64,000 nucleotides of DNA from an uncultured Candidatus Bathyarchaeia archaeon (GCA_964512445.1 CAZEGS010000001.1:4673-68672), one strand, 5' to 3'. Positions 52,935 to 63,153 are shown, counted from the stretch's first letter. Program-made: numbers and translations. Notes: generated by a model from the sequence alone, not told the origin.

Positions 52935-54275
52935 ATGGTTAGGAAGATTGTTATAATAGGAGCGCATGCGGCTGGGACAGACGCCGCCTCAGCTGCGAGA
53001 AAGACGGATAGATCTGCGGAGATTACCGTGATTACACATCAGAGCGTCGCCGGATACTCTCCATGTGGAATCCCCTTCGTTCTTGGGAGACATATATCTA
53101 GCTTCGAAGACCTCGTGGTTTTTCCGCCATCCTTCTATAAAATGATGAAGATAGACCTTAGACTTGAAACTACCGTGAAAAAAATCAATGTTGAAGATAA
53201 GACTGTAGAAATTGAAGATAAAAATGGGAAGAATAAGATTCTTCAGTATGATAGTCTTGTCATTGCAACCGGAGCTTATCCATTCGTCCCACCTATAAAA
53301 GGGAAAGATAAGAAAGGCGTATATACCCTTCGAACCATCGATGACGGAAAAAGAATCAATCAAGCCCTAGAGAAGGCAAAATCAGCAGTGGTTATAGGAG
53401 CTGGATTAATAGGCTTAGAGACTGCTGTAGCCCTCGTCGAGCGTGGATTAAAGACAACGGTGGTTGAGCTTCTTCCTCAGGTCTGTCCAGCCATGCTAGA
53501 TAAAGATATAGCTAGAATCGTTCAGAAGAGCCTTGAAGAGAGAGGGCTTAACATAATAACGGGCAAAGGTGTTGATGAGATCCTTGGAAATGACCATGTA
53601 AGCGGAGTCTCTGTCTCCGGAGAAGAAATTCCCGCGGATCTAGTCATCGTAGCCACAGGAGTTAGGCCGAACGTTCAGCTTGCTAGGGATGCGGGCATAA
53701 AGATTGGAGAGACTGGCGGAATAAAGACTAACATGAGGATGGAAACAAGCGTCAAGAATGTATATGCAGCCGGCGACTGCGCTGAATCCATAAACATAAT
53801 TACTAAGAGGCCAATGCTCAGTCAGCTTGGAACCACAGCTGCTAGGCAAGGAAAGGTTGCAGGCATCAACGCAGCTGGCGGATATGCAGTCTTTACGGGA
53901 TGCCTTGGCTCATGCGTCACGAAACTCTTTGACTTGGAAATCGGCGCAACAGGCCTAACAGAATTTACAGCCGCACGTGCAGGGATCGAAACCGTAGCTG
54001 GAACCATAACCTCAAAGACTAGGGCTGATTATTATCCTGGAGGAAAACAGATCAGAGTGAAGATTCTAGTCGATAAAGATACGGAGAGAATAATCGGCGG
54101 GCAGATAATTGGAGGAGAAGAGGTAACTCAGCGGATAAACGCCCTTTCATTCGCTATACAGAAGCAGATGACGGTGCGGGAGCTAGTTAAGGCTGACACA
54201 TGCTACGCACCACCATTAAATGAGACTTGGGAGCCGATGGTTCTAGCAGCGGAGATCGCTGCGAGGAGACTATAG
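52935..54275 (+). CDS. FAD-dependent pyridine nucleotide-disulfide oxidoreductase (CoA-disulfide reductase / NADH oxidase family)
   Basis: IVIIGAHAAG (FAD), single redox Cys in YSPCGIPF, VVIGAGLIGLE (NAD), YAAGDC. Confidence 0.85.
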   Translation: MVRKIVIIGAHAAGTDAASAARKTDRSAEITVITHQSVAGYSPCGIPFVLGRHISSFEDLVVFPPSFYKMMKIDLRLETTVKKINVEDKTVEIEDKNGKNKILQYDSLVIATGAYPFVPPIKGKDKKGVYTLRTIDDGKRINQALEKAKSAVVIGAGLIGLETAVALVERGLKTTVVELLPQVCPAMLDKDIARIVQKSLEERGLNIITGKGVDEILGNDHVSGVSVSGEEIPADLVIVATGVRPNVQLARDAGIKIGETGGIKTNMRMETSVKNVYAAGDCAESINIITKRPMLSQLGTTAARQGKVAGINAAGGYAVFTGCLGSCVTKLFDLEIGATGLTEFTAARAGIETVAGTITSKTRADYYPGGKQIRVKILVDKDTERIIGGQIIGGEEVTQRINALSFAIQKQMTVRELVKADTCYAPPLNETWEPMVLAAEIAARRL

Positions 54276-54302
54276 AGGTTAAAAAATCAGTAAAAAACTT
54301 TT

Positions 54303-54557
54303 CTACTGGTTTTCATAGCTTCTCGGCGTGGATTCTAACTCTTCAACAAGCCCCTTATTTTTTAATCTTCTAAGGGCCGCAGAGATTTCCCAAAGGTGAC
54401 AGTCAAATCTTCTCCAAATAGCAGAGAGAGGCAAAGATCTCTTCTCCCTTAGAAGCTTTAAAATCTCTACTTCCAGCTTCTCCAGAGAGCAACGCTTGAA
54501 GAGGTAGTAGTGCGCACCTTTAATGACGTTCTCTTCATCTTCAAAAATAATGCTCAT
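54303..54557 (-). CDS. small winged-helix protein, hypothetical
   Basis: 84 aa. LPLSAIWRRFDCHLWEISAALRRLKNKGLVEE resembles a wHTH. Confidence 0.5.
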   Translation of the reverse strand: MSIIFEDEENVIKGAHYYLFKRCSLEKLEVEILKLLREKRSLPLSAIWRRFDCHLWEISAALRRLKNKGLVEELESTPRSYENQ

Positions 54558-54624
54558 GGTTCATCTTCACATATAACTCGAAATGAAGCCTAATAAAAAT
54601 TGTTAAAGAATCCCGCTATGGAAT

Positions 54625-55737
54625 TCAGATTCGACCGTATTTCGCCATTATTTCTTTTACCCGACCTAATGGTATAGCCTTTCTTACATGATAGTCTCTG
54701 CCAATCATCGTTTCGGCTTTAAAGAGCGCATTTATAATAGCCTCCTCAGTTGCCTCGACGGTAGCTCTATAAACTGGATTGAGAAAAGCCTCATCAAACT
54801 TGATCCTTTTCTTCTCTTCTATTTCATTATCCTCCCGCATTCTTTCTATGAGCGGTTCAACATCCCTTTTTGAGGTTGAGAAAGCTATAATGAAATCTCC
54901 GCTGTGAACTCCGCCATAAGAGCCTGTTCTAGCCACACCTAGCATCGCTCTCTTCGCAACCTTCCAGAGTTGACGTGAAGTCAGTTTCAAATCCGTAGCT
55001 ACAATAATCATTATTGAGTTTGAAGACTGAATTCCTCGAGGATCAACGTCGGAAAGCTCCTTTCCAACAGGAACACCATCAATTCTTAGGTCTTCACGCC
55101 TACCAAAATTTAACTGAACCAATACGCCTAGGCTAAATTCAGATGTAACCCTGGAGGATGTTCCGATTCCTCCTTTAAATTCAAATCCGGACATCGGCGT
55201 TCCACCGCCTACATTCCCCTCCTCGACAGGCCCCCTCCCACCTAGACTATAGGCCTTTTTTAGCGCTTCATAGACATGCTCTTTTCTGACATGTCGGCCT
55301 ATCGAGTCATTTAGGTATGACCCGTTAGTTTCGCCTACAACCGGATTGATTGACATCGCCTTAATGTCCATGAATTCATACATGTAATCGACAAGGGCAT
55401 CTGCCACGATCCAAGTGTTAAGCGTATCTGTAAGTAGGATCGGAGTCTCAATAACGCCCATATGCATCACTTGAAGAAGCCCTACAGCCTTTCCATAGGC
55501 ATTATAGGAGTACACAGCCGCTCTAACTTTTTCTTCATAAATATTACCTTGATGAGGAACTATTGCTGTTACACCTGTTCTTATGGGCCCTTTCCCAACT
55601 ACAAGAGCTCCCTCGCCCTCAATTATTGTTGAGTGTCCAACGCCTACTCCCTCAACATCCGTTATGGCATTGTATCTGCCAGGACTCATCGTGCCGATCT
55701 TTATTCCAATCTCCCTAGCTCTCGCTCGTTTCTCCAT
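54625..55737 (-). CDS. DmpA/S58 (P1) family aminopeptidase
   Basis: ITDVEGVGVGH, the GGGT...GFEFKGGIGTSS self-processing region, and ATDL. Confidence 0.8.
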   Translation of the reverse strand: MEKRARAREIGIKIGTMSPGRYNAITDVEGVGVGHSTIIEGEGALVVGKGPIRTGVTAIVPHQGNIYEEKVRAAVYSYNAYGKAVGLLQVMHMGVIETPILLTDTLNTWIVADALVDYMYEFMDIKAMSINPVVGETNGSYLNDSIGRHVRKEHVYEALKKAYSLGGRGPVEEGNVGGGTPMSGFEFKGGIGTSSRVTSEFSLGVLVQLNFGRREDLRIDGVPVGKELSDVDPRGIQSSNSIMIIVATDLKLTSRQLWKVAKRAMLGVARTGSYGGVHSGDFIIAFSTSKRDVEPLIERMREDNEIEEKKRIKFDEAFLNPVYRATVEATEEAIINALFKAETMIGRDYHVRKAIPLGRVKEIMAKYGRI

Positions 55738-55998
55738 TCTTCCTCTTCTCCAAGAGCTTAAAGAAGTCTATGCTTCTAAAGGAAAAGATATCCTAATAAC
55801 CTTTGACTTTTGTCTTGCTGAAATGACAAAATAAGCATTATTGAAATGATTATCTGAAAATTTGAAGACTCAAATTTCAGTATTCCCTTTTTTAAAGAGC
55901 TCGTAAAATTTAAATCTGTCTTGTCCCTTTGGTTAAAAATCTCGATGACAAGCTGAAGGATTCATAAGTTTCTCAGTCAGCTTGGAGGATGATTAGAA

Positions 55999-57489
55999 AT
56001 GTACGGTCTTCTATTCTTCGCTTTTATCTTGCCTTTACTTTCCTCTCCTATGATCTATCTGGCTGGTAAGAGATCTGTGAAAATATCCGCTGCTATTCTT
56101 TCAATCGTTTCTCTTCTAGTCTTATCTTTCTTTCTGTTTGTGATTCCAAAAGTTTCATATGAAAGAAAGTATGTAGAATCGTACTCTTGGATATCGAATA
56201 TAAATTCTTCTCTTACGTTATTCGTAGATGGAGTTTCGCTTCCCATAGTCATTGTGACTATGTTGCTTTTCACATCGGCTGTTCTGTTCAGCGTGGATTA
56301 TATGAGGGGAAGTCATGCACTCCCTGGATATTATACGTTGCTTACTTTGCTAATGATAGGTCTCATCGGATTCTTCATAACCTCCGATCTTCTAGTCTTC
56401 TATTTCTGTCTAGAATTTATGCTTCTCCCAACCTTCTTTATAATCGGAGAATGGGGCTACCGGAATTCTTACAGAACCGCCCTAAAATTTTTCCTTTTCA
56501 CCCATGCAGGAGTTATACCCATCTTACTAGGCATAGGATGCATCTTCATGCTTACCGGAACTTTTGATATGTTTCAGGCGAGAAGCATATTGGCGCATTC
56601 CCCTCAAAGCCTTCTAGTCTGGATTTTATTAGCATTCACCTTAGGCTTCATAGTTAAGATGGGTATAGTTCCAGTTCACATGTGGCTTCCAGATGCTTAT
56701 GCTGAGGCCCCCGCGCCTATATCTGCTTTGCTAAGCGGAATAATAACGGAAGCCGGTGCCTATGGAATGCTGAGAATACCATTCAGCATTATTCTCCCCT
56801 CAATCACTAATCCTCAGATTCACAGCGAGTTTCTTTACGTTTTATCCATTTTAGGGGTGACATCCGCCTTTTATGGAGCTATAGTAGCCCTAGCTCAGAA
56901 TGATCTGAAAAGAATAGCGGCATATTCAAGTATAAGCCATATGGGCTATATTCTCTACGGTTTATCGTTATTTCCAATCGCGGAAGGCATGGTTGGAACG
57001 ATCTTTCATATGATAACTCACGGAGTAAGTAAAGGGCTTCTGTTCCTCACTGCGGGAGCAATCATGAGAAGGACAAACACGAGAAATATTGGAATGATGG
57101 GCGGATTAGCTTCAATGATGCCGCTGACAGCGATATCAACAGCGATATCCTGTTTCAGCATTGCAGGAATCCCGGCTTTCGCATGTTTCATAAGCGAATT
57201 TCTAATATTGCTTGGCGGATTTGAAGATGGAGCTATCAACAGCTTCTACTATGGAACAACGTCACTAATGATTGTGATTACAGTCATCAGCGCAGCTTAC
57301 GTTCTCAGATTGTTTGGAAAGGTCTTCTTTGGGTCTCCTAAGATTCAAGGCATCAGGGAAGCATCTATAATGATGGCGGTTTCTATGCTTCTCCTTTCCA
57401 TCAGCACAGTGATTCTAGGAGTCTGGCCCGGACCAATAGTCAAGCTAATCAACACAGCAATTAAAATGGAGATAATTAATATTTGTTGA
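55999..57489 (+). CDS. NuoM/NuoN/MrpD-family proton-conducting membrane subunit, stand-alone
   Basis: 496 aa, about 14 TM. VPVHMWLPDAYAEAP and AAYSSISHMGY are signature motifs of complex I antiporter-like subunits. Confidence 0.85.
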   Translation: MYGLLFFAFILPLLSSPMIYLAGKRSVKISAAILSIVSLLVLSFFLFVIPKVSYERKYVESYSWISNINSSLTLFVDGVSLPIVIVTMLLFTSAVLFSVDYMRGSHALPGYYTLLTLLMIGLIGFFITSDLLVFYFCLEFMLLPTFFIIGEWGYRNSYRTALKFFLFTHAGVIPILLGIGCIFMLTGTFDMFQARSILAHSPQSLLVWILLAFTLGFIVKMGIVPVHMWLPDAYAEAPAPISALLSGIITEAGAYGMLRIPFSIILPSITNPQIHSEFLYVLSILGVTSAFYGAIVALAQNDLKRIAAYSSISHMGYILYGLSLFPIAEGMVGTIFHMITHGVSKGLLFLTAGAIMRRTNTRNIGMMGGLASMMPLTAISTAISCFSIAGIPAFACFISEFLILLGGFEDGAINSFYYGTTSLMIVITVISAAYVLRLFGKVFFGSPKIQGIREASIMMAVSMLLLSISTVILGVWPGPIVKLINTAIKMEIINIC

Positions 57490-57917
57490 TCTTCCTCACA
57501 CATGAAGACTGATTCATAATTTACAAGATATTTTTAAAGCACTATGATCATAACATTAAGAGGTAGAAAAGACCATATAACATAGATGCTTAAATATTTT
57601 AAGCATTTATTCTCGTCTCGTTAATGAGATGCCCAACAATTCTACGAGTTTAAAGTTCCCTAAGCATACGTCTTTTCTCATATAGTCTTCTTATCAGGGA
57701 AGCCATCATTTCCATGTCGAGTTCAACTTTATCCATCTTTCTCGCCATTACGACTATCCCCTCTTTTTAAGCATTTTTGAAAATCCTTCCAGAAAAATTA
57801 TATTTAAGCTTATTCTAACCGAAGAGGATATAATTTTCCATTTTCAGAAAACATCCATAAAATTTTTTCCAAATAAGGAAAAATTCAAAACAGAGCCATT
57901 ATGGCTAGTTCATTCCA

Positions 57918-58050
57918 TGGTGGGGCCGGTGGGATTTGAACCCACGACCTCGCACGCCCCAGGCGCGAATCTTAGACCAGGCTAGACCACGGCTTCACGG
58001 GACTCCCCTAAATCCTCCCATGCTCGTTGTCTCTCTTGACTTTCGGCCCC
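57918..58050 (-). tRNA. tRNA-Pro (anticodon GGG) with a 54-nt insertion (putative non-canonical intron) between the 5' acceptor strand and the tRNA body
   Basis: The body at 57918-57989 folds cleanly: D stem GTCT/AGAT, anticodon stem CGCGC/GTGCG, loop CTGGGGC, T arm GTGGG-TTCAAAT-CCCAC, 3' acceptor CGGCCCC, A73, CCA. The adjacent 5' strand GAAGCCG gives two A-C mismatches. A perfect GGGGCCG lies at 58050-58044. Confidence 0.75.
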
Positions 58051-58074
58051 GAAATGAGCTAAGATTGTTTTCAC

Positions 58075-58083
58075 TTTAATAAA
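58075..58083 (-). promoter_or_regulatory. TATA box for tRNA-Pro transcript
   Basis: TTTATTAAA (minus strand) lies 25-33 nt upstream of GGGGCCG at 58050. No AT-rich box lies upstream of the alternative 5' end at 57996. Confidence 0.55.
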
Positions 58084-58085
58084 GC

Positions 58086-59039
58086 TTAAGGCTTCACAAG
58101 AACTTTTACAGAGACCTCGGTGTTTGAGGCGGTTTCGAATGCTTTTCTAATCTCTTCAAGGGGGAATTCATGTGAGATCAAAGGTTTAAGATTCACTCTT
58201 TTCTCATTTATGAGCTTAACGGCATCATTAAAGAATTTAGTACCATACTCAGGCCCATAGACATCGAGTGAATTGCCAACTATAACTTCAGGATCTAAAG
58301 TAACGCTTTGACCATAATGAGCAATCAACCCGATTCTTCCACCATGTCTGGTAAGTGAAAAGACCTGATTAAGAGCCTCCTGAACGCCTGCACATTCAAA
58401 TGCCACGTCAACTCCCTCACCATTGGTCCAAGACTTCACATACTCATCCAGCTTCTCCTCTAAAGCGTTAACAGTAATTGCTCCAAAACATGAAGCCAGC
58501 TCTAATCTTCTAGAAGAGATCTCGCTAACGACGACTTGAGAGCCAGCATCTAAGCATATCTGCAATAGACACAAGCCGATCGGACCGGCCCCAACAATCA
58601 AGACTTTCTCATCCAATTTTGGTTGAGGTTTGAAAAAACTGTTTAGTGCAACGAGTAACGGCTCGATGAGCGCCGCCTCTTCATAACTCATATTCTCAGG
58701 AATTTTACAGAGTCTTTCGTCAGCCTTTAAGATTAGAACATACTCTGCGAAAGCTCCATAGCCTCCTCTTATCCAGTCAACTCCAAGCGTAACTCTATCA
58801 CCTACCTTAAATCGCCTTACTTTTTCTCCAACCTTAACAATATCCCCTGAGTATTCATGTCCAGAGTTGAGTGGATAGCGGAAACGTCGACCATAGGCTG
58901 TCCTTAAAAATCTATGAACGTCAGATCCGCAGATTCCACATGCTCTAACACGAACCAAAACGTCTTCTGGACCTACCCTTGGAACCTCTACTTCATCGAT
59001 TCTAACATCTCTATAACCATATATCATCGCAGTTTTCAA
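58086..59039 (-). CDS. zinc-dependent medium-chain alcohol/polyol dehydrogenase
   Basis: GICGSDVH (catalytic Zn), GHEYSG, and NAD motif VGAGPIGL. 317 aa. Confidence 0.88.
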   Translation of the reverse strand: MKTAMIYGYRDVRIDEVEVPRVGPEDVLVRVRACGICGSDVHRFLRTAYGRRFRYPLNSGHEYSGDIVKVGEKVRRFKVGDRVTLGVDWIRGGYGAFAEYVLILKADERLCKIPENMSYEEAALIEPLLVALNSFFKPQPKLDEKVLIVGAGPIGLCLLQICLDAGSQVVVSEISSRRLELASCFGAITVNALEEKLDEYVKSWTNGEGVDVAFECAGVQEALNQVFSLTRHGGRIGLIAHYGQSVTLDPEVIVGNSLDVYGPEYGTKFFNDAVKLINEKRVNLKPLISHEFPLEEIRKAFETASNTEVSVKVLVKP

Positions 59040-59181
59040 GATATACGTCTCCTACAGTTTTTATCAAACATGAACATATCGAGAGGTTATGGAAGCCAAA
59101 AATAATCTTTCCGTGAAAAATCAGCCTCAATTTTAGATGAGACATTAAAAAAGAAATGATGTAAATGAGGAATTTTCGAAA

Positions 59182-60495
59182 CTATTTGAACCCCTCTAAG
59201 AATTTCGCTTCCGCCTCAAACATCTCATCAACCATTTTGCGAATCCCATCTATCGTGAGTATGGCGCTGCTTAAAGGATCAAGCAGTACGGCTTGAAAAA
59301 CTAAAGTCTTATCTTTCTCGATAGCCGCCTTCACCGCTAGTTCTTGGACATTGATATTTGTTCTGTTCAAAGCGGCGCATTGAGGAGGCAGGTCGCCAAT
59401 ATAACATGGATGGATGCCATTCTTATCTACAAGACAGGGAACCTCAACGCAGCATCCTTGAGGCAAATTAGTTATTAAGCCCGTATTCTTAACGTTTCCG
59501 TAGATTAAACTCGGCTCGCCCGTTTCTATCGAGTAAATGATATTGGAGCAATATTCACGGCCTCTCTCTAGCGGAATCTTCTGGTCACTCTTCAAGAGTT
59601 GCCTCAACTCTTCATCTTGGAGAGGCCTCCTTTTCATCTCAAACTTTTCTCGAAGATGATACATGAGCTTATATTTCTCGAAGAGTTCAGGCCTCTTTCT
59701 AAAGTATGGTACATACTCTGACATGTGCTGGCTGGATTCGGTGTTGAAATAACCAAACGCCTTGAAGATTTCAACCCTAACAATGTCCGGTCCAGCCCAA
59801 TGTGCATCCGGTCTTGAATAAACCTCGGGATCCTTAAACTTCTCTCTTAAGATCGGATACGCATCTCTTTCACGCCATCTGAGCTTCAAGAACCACGCCA
59901 TATGATTTATGCCGGCAACCCAATAGGATAATTCCTCCAATGGAGCGCCGAGATACCTTGCAAGGTCAGCTGCTGTTCCCTGAACGCTATGACATAATCC
60001 CACGCTCTTTATGTGAGTATAGTCATATATAGCCCAGCAGTTAATAGCCATAGGGTTAGTGTAATTTATCAGCCAAGCATCTGGACAGAGATCCTCCATA
60101 TCGTGACAGATATCGAGGAGCACAGGTACGTGACGCAGCCCATAAAAGATTCCGCCTGGTCCAATAGTGTCCCCAACGCCCTGCTTAATTCCATATTTAG
60201 CCGGGATCTCTAAATCGAGATTATTCGCCTCATCCCCTCCAACTCTTATAGTCACTATGACGTAATCGGCTTCCTCTAAAGCTTCGCGGCGGTCAGTCGT
60301 TGACTCAATCTTCGTTTCAAAGCCGTATTGGCTTACAAGTTTCTTAGCAAAACTCGTTACAAGGCTTAGATGTTCGGGATCTATATCCATCAAAGTTATC
60401 GTGCTATCTCTGAGCTCTTCATACGTTAAGATGTCCGTTATTAAACGTCTCGAAAAGACGTGGCTTCCAGCTCCAATCAGCACTATCTTAGCCAT
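59182..60495 (-). CDS. glycoside hydrolase family 4 (second paralog)
   Basis: KIVLIGAGSHVF, GLCHS, and GH4 length (437 aa). Confidence 0.85.
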   Translation of the reverse strand: MAKIVLIGAGSHVFSRRLITDILTYEELRDSTITLMDIDPEHLSLVTSFAKKLVSQYGFETKIESTTDRREALEEADYVIVTIRVGGDEANNLDLEIPAKYGIKQGVGDTIGPGGIFYGLRHVPVLLDICHDMEDLCPDAWLINYTNPMAINCWAIYDYTHIKSVGLCHSVQGTAADLARYLGAPLEELSYWVAGINHMAWFLKLRWRERDAYPILREKFKDPEVYSRPDAHWAGPDIVRVEIFKAFGYFNTESSQHMSEYVPYFRKRPELFEKYKLMYHLREKFEMKRRPLQDEELRQLLKSDQKIPLERGREYCSNIIYSIETGEPSLIYGNVKNTGLITNLPQGCCVEVPCLVDKNGIHPCYIGDLPPQCAALNRTNINVQELAVKAAIEKDKTLVFQAVLLDPLSSAILTIDGIRKMVDEMFEAEAKFLEGFK

Positions 60496-60674
60496 AACAT
60501 TACCCCATTTTACTTATAAAAGTCAAAGGCAGATTTAACATTTCCAGCAGTTCATAAGTTTAGATCCTTTATTTAAAGGAGTCTTTCTTTTTCATTTTTG
60601 ATTTTTTGATCAATTATTTCTGGTTTTTAGAGTAATTTTTTAAATTGAAATAATCGAATTAGATAAGGAATAGT

Positions 60675-61787
60675 ATGTTTCCTACATTTAGCATATTCAT
60701 ACCAGTCTATAGAGAATCCGATCTTCTAAGGCCTCTACTAGAGAGGCTTATAGCCGATCCTTACAAAGAAAAAGAAATCTTCGTTGTTATAGATGAGCCG
60801 ACGATTAAAAGCTTGAGGTTAGTAAGAGATTTTGCTAGCAGCGTTTACTTCATCTGGAATGGAAAGAGAAAAGGTAAGGCTAATGTCCTTAACGATCTTG
60901 TAACGAAATCTAAAGGTGAGGTTTTACTATTTCTCGACTCTGATGTTCTGATAGATGAGAGCTCAAAAAGTTTTCTGCATAAAATAGCGGAGGAAATAGC
61001 TGACGCGGACATAGTTGAGATGAAAAAGAAGGTTCTTCGAGATTCCTTCGTCGCAAGACTCGCCAGCTATGATTATTTAAGCTTTAGCTTCACAAGTTGG
61101 TTCTTTTCTCGCAGATTAGGAAAATGTTTAGGCATAAACGGTGCGGCATTTGCGATTAGAAGGGAAGCATTTGAACGTCTTGGAGGGTTCCGGAGAGTTG
61201 TTGTTGAAGACTTGGACATCGCCACGCGTGCATTCATTGAAGGGCTTAGATACAAATTTGTGGAAGATATCAGTGTAAGCACAAAGGCGCCGTCCTCATG
61301 GAGCAAATGGTTCGAGCAAAGAAAACGTTGGGGAATTGGAGGAGCCTTATGGTTCAAGGAGTATTTTGATAATCTAATAAAAATCGTTAAGGATCATCCT
61401 GGAGTTTTACTTCCGTGTATACTCTTCATCTTCCCTTCTCTTCCATTCTTTCTATTTACCCTTTTTATGCCAGACGATCTCTATATTAAAGCATTATATC
61501 TTTCCATGATTGTCCTCTCAACCCAGACAAGTTTGCTGTTACCACCCATAGCTTTTACATCAACTTCTCTTGCTTTTATGAGAAATCTCTTCCTTATGGT
61601 CGGCAGCATCGGAGCCTACACCACAATATTTTATGTGATCGCTAGAAAACTCGGATTTATATTCAATCCTGTGGAATTCATGTTATTCTATATCGTTTAC
61701 TCGCCCTTGTGGCTTCTTATAATAATTGTAAGCTTGGTAAAGGTATACGTAGGAATTAGAAAATTAGATGTGAGCTGGAAAATCTAA
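60675..61787 (+). CDS. family 2 glycosyltransferase with C-terminal membrane domain
   Basis: SIFIPVYRES, FLDSDV (DxD), GAAFAIRREAF, and QRKRWGIGG (QxxRW-like). 4-5 C-terminal TM helices. Confidence 0.85.
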   Translation: MFPTFSIFIPVYRESDLLRPLLERLIADPYKEKEIFVVIDEPTIKSLRLVRDFASSVYFIWNGKRKGKANVLNDLVTKSKGEVLLFLDSDVLIDESSKSFLHKIAEEIADADIVEMKKKVLRDSFVARLASYDYLSFSFTSWFFSRRLGKCLGINGAAFAIRREAFERLGGFRRVVVEDLDIATRAFIEGLRYKFVEDISVSTKAPSSWSKWFEQRKRWGIGGALWFKEYFDNLIKIVKDHPGVLLPCILFIFPSLPFFLFTLFMPDDLYIKALYLSMIVLSTQTSLLLPPIAFTSTSLAFMRNLFLMVGSIGAYTTIFYVIARKLGFIFNPVEFMLFYIVYSPLWLLIIIVSLVKVYVGIRKLDVSWKI

Positions 61788-61806
61788 ATCTGCTTTTGAA
61801 TCTATC

Positions 61807-62400
61807 TTATTTTTTAGAGACGAATCTATTCCCCTCAACATAGAATCGTAAATCTCGATTTAAATCAGCTTTTACACCTATTCTCCTCGAACTCGAAACT
61901 TGAAACCGAGTTCTATTATCAACAATAATGATCGGACTATTCTCTGAAGTTAAGCAGACACCATTAAGAGTCCTATCGATTCCAAAGGCAACGGTAAATT
62001 TTCCAGGACCATTCGTCAAATTAAAAATCTCTAAGTCCTTGCTGATTCCCCTATTTCTCTTCATGGTTTCAATGCCCTCTAAAGGTTCCACGGCTCTTAT
62101 GAGAACGGCTCCAACGTCACCTGGTTCATGAGCAACAACATTAAACATCCAATATTTATGAACATTATAGATGAAGGCTCTGCCAGGCTCGCACCACATG
62201 AGCTTGTTAAAATTTTTCATTCCATCGAAGGCGCGAGAAGCAGGATCTCCAAGGCCATAGTATGCTTCGGTTTCAACGATCATTCCACTTAATCTTTCAT
62301 CTCTAATCTTCCTTACTAGGACCTTGCCAAGTAGATCTCTAGCAACTTCTTCTGGATTTCTCTCATAGAATTTTTTAGGCAGAATCTTCGGAGAATCCAA
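61807..62400 (-). CDS. mpg: DNA-3-methyladenine glycosylase (Mpg/AAG family)
   Basis: FYERNPEEVARDLLGKVLV, IVETEAYYG, and PGRAFIYNVHKYWMFNVV. Confidence 0.88.
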   Translation of the reverse strand: MDSPKILPKKFYERNPEEVARDLLGKVLVRKIRDERLSGMIVETEAYYGLGDPASRAFDGMKNFNKLMWCEPGRAFIYNVHKYWMFNVVAHEPGDVGAVLIRAVEPLEGIETMKRNRGISKDLEIFNLTNGPGKFTVAFGIDRTLNGVCLTSENSPIIIVDNRTRFQVSSSRRIGVKADLNRDLRFYVEGNRFVSKK

Positions 62401-62610
62401 TCTAAATTCCCACGCCTGTTATAGTTAATTAGGATGGAATATTAATATGGTCTTTCCATAGATACGAGAAATGGAAATCTTCGATAAGTATATTACTTAC
62501 GCAATACACAACATAATTCGACGTCAAGCTTAACCGTTCATAAACTGTTTAAAAATAATCCGAATAAAAATTTCAATCTGACTAGTTTAGAAGGGTGAGA
62601 AGGAACATCC

Positions 62611-62898
62611 ATGAGCTCAGAAGATAGAGGAAGAGCAAGCTATCTTGATCTACTCATAAATACGCTTATGGAACATGAGAAGAATCTGGATAGACTAATA
62701 GAAAGACTTGAGAAGATATACGAGAATCTCCAGGAAATATATGAAAAACGTGAAGAAGCTGAAACCCCGAAAAGACAAGCTCCTCAAGAAATAGTAAAAT
62801 CTCCATCTTCGGAGCAGCCCTCCCTCATATATATGAAACTGAAACTCGGAAGAGAGATTGAAGACATTATAAAGATAATTGAGTCGCTTAAGGAATAA
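62611..62898 (+). CDS. hypothetical coiled-coil protein
   Basis: 95-aa ORF with GGTGAG-like SD upstream. Helical, charged composition. No recognisable family. Confidence 0.4.
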   Translation: MSSEDRGRASYLDLLINTLMEHEKNLDRLIERLEKIYENLQEIYEKREEAETPKRQAPQEIVKSPSSEQPSLIYMKLKLGREIEDIIKIIESLKE

Positions 62899-63153
62899 AT
62901 TTTCATGAGAAGGCTCCGCTGAAATCTACAATCTTAAAAATTAGAGAGAATATCATTTTAACGATCATCATCGTATCTTAATAAAATTCCTCGAACATTT
63001 TCCAGAAAACTTCGTTAGCATCAAAGATTCCTTAGGTCTCATTTTTAAAAGCTGGAGAAGGTTCGGATCATCAGCATGAAAAGATTTTAAGTATAAGGTG
63101 CCAAGCGATGTTTTAGCATTAAAATATCCGATTTGTTTGGAGGAGACATTGGG

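Noticed and set aside
57586-57606. Perfect palindrome ATGCTTAAA-TAT-TTTAAGCAT between the nuoM-like gene and the small minus-strand ORF.
   Set aside because: It is an isolated single copy with an AT-rich 3-nt loop. It is most simply a chance palindrome or a bidirectional 3'-end hairpin, and nothing links it to a system.
57650-57748. 32-aa minus-strand ORF (MARKMDKVELDMEMMASLIRRLYEKRRMLREL) with a strong SD (AGAGGGGA, 8 nt upstream).
   Set aside because: It is too short to support without conservation or expression data, so it is not listed as a feature.
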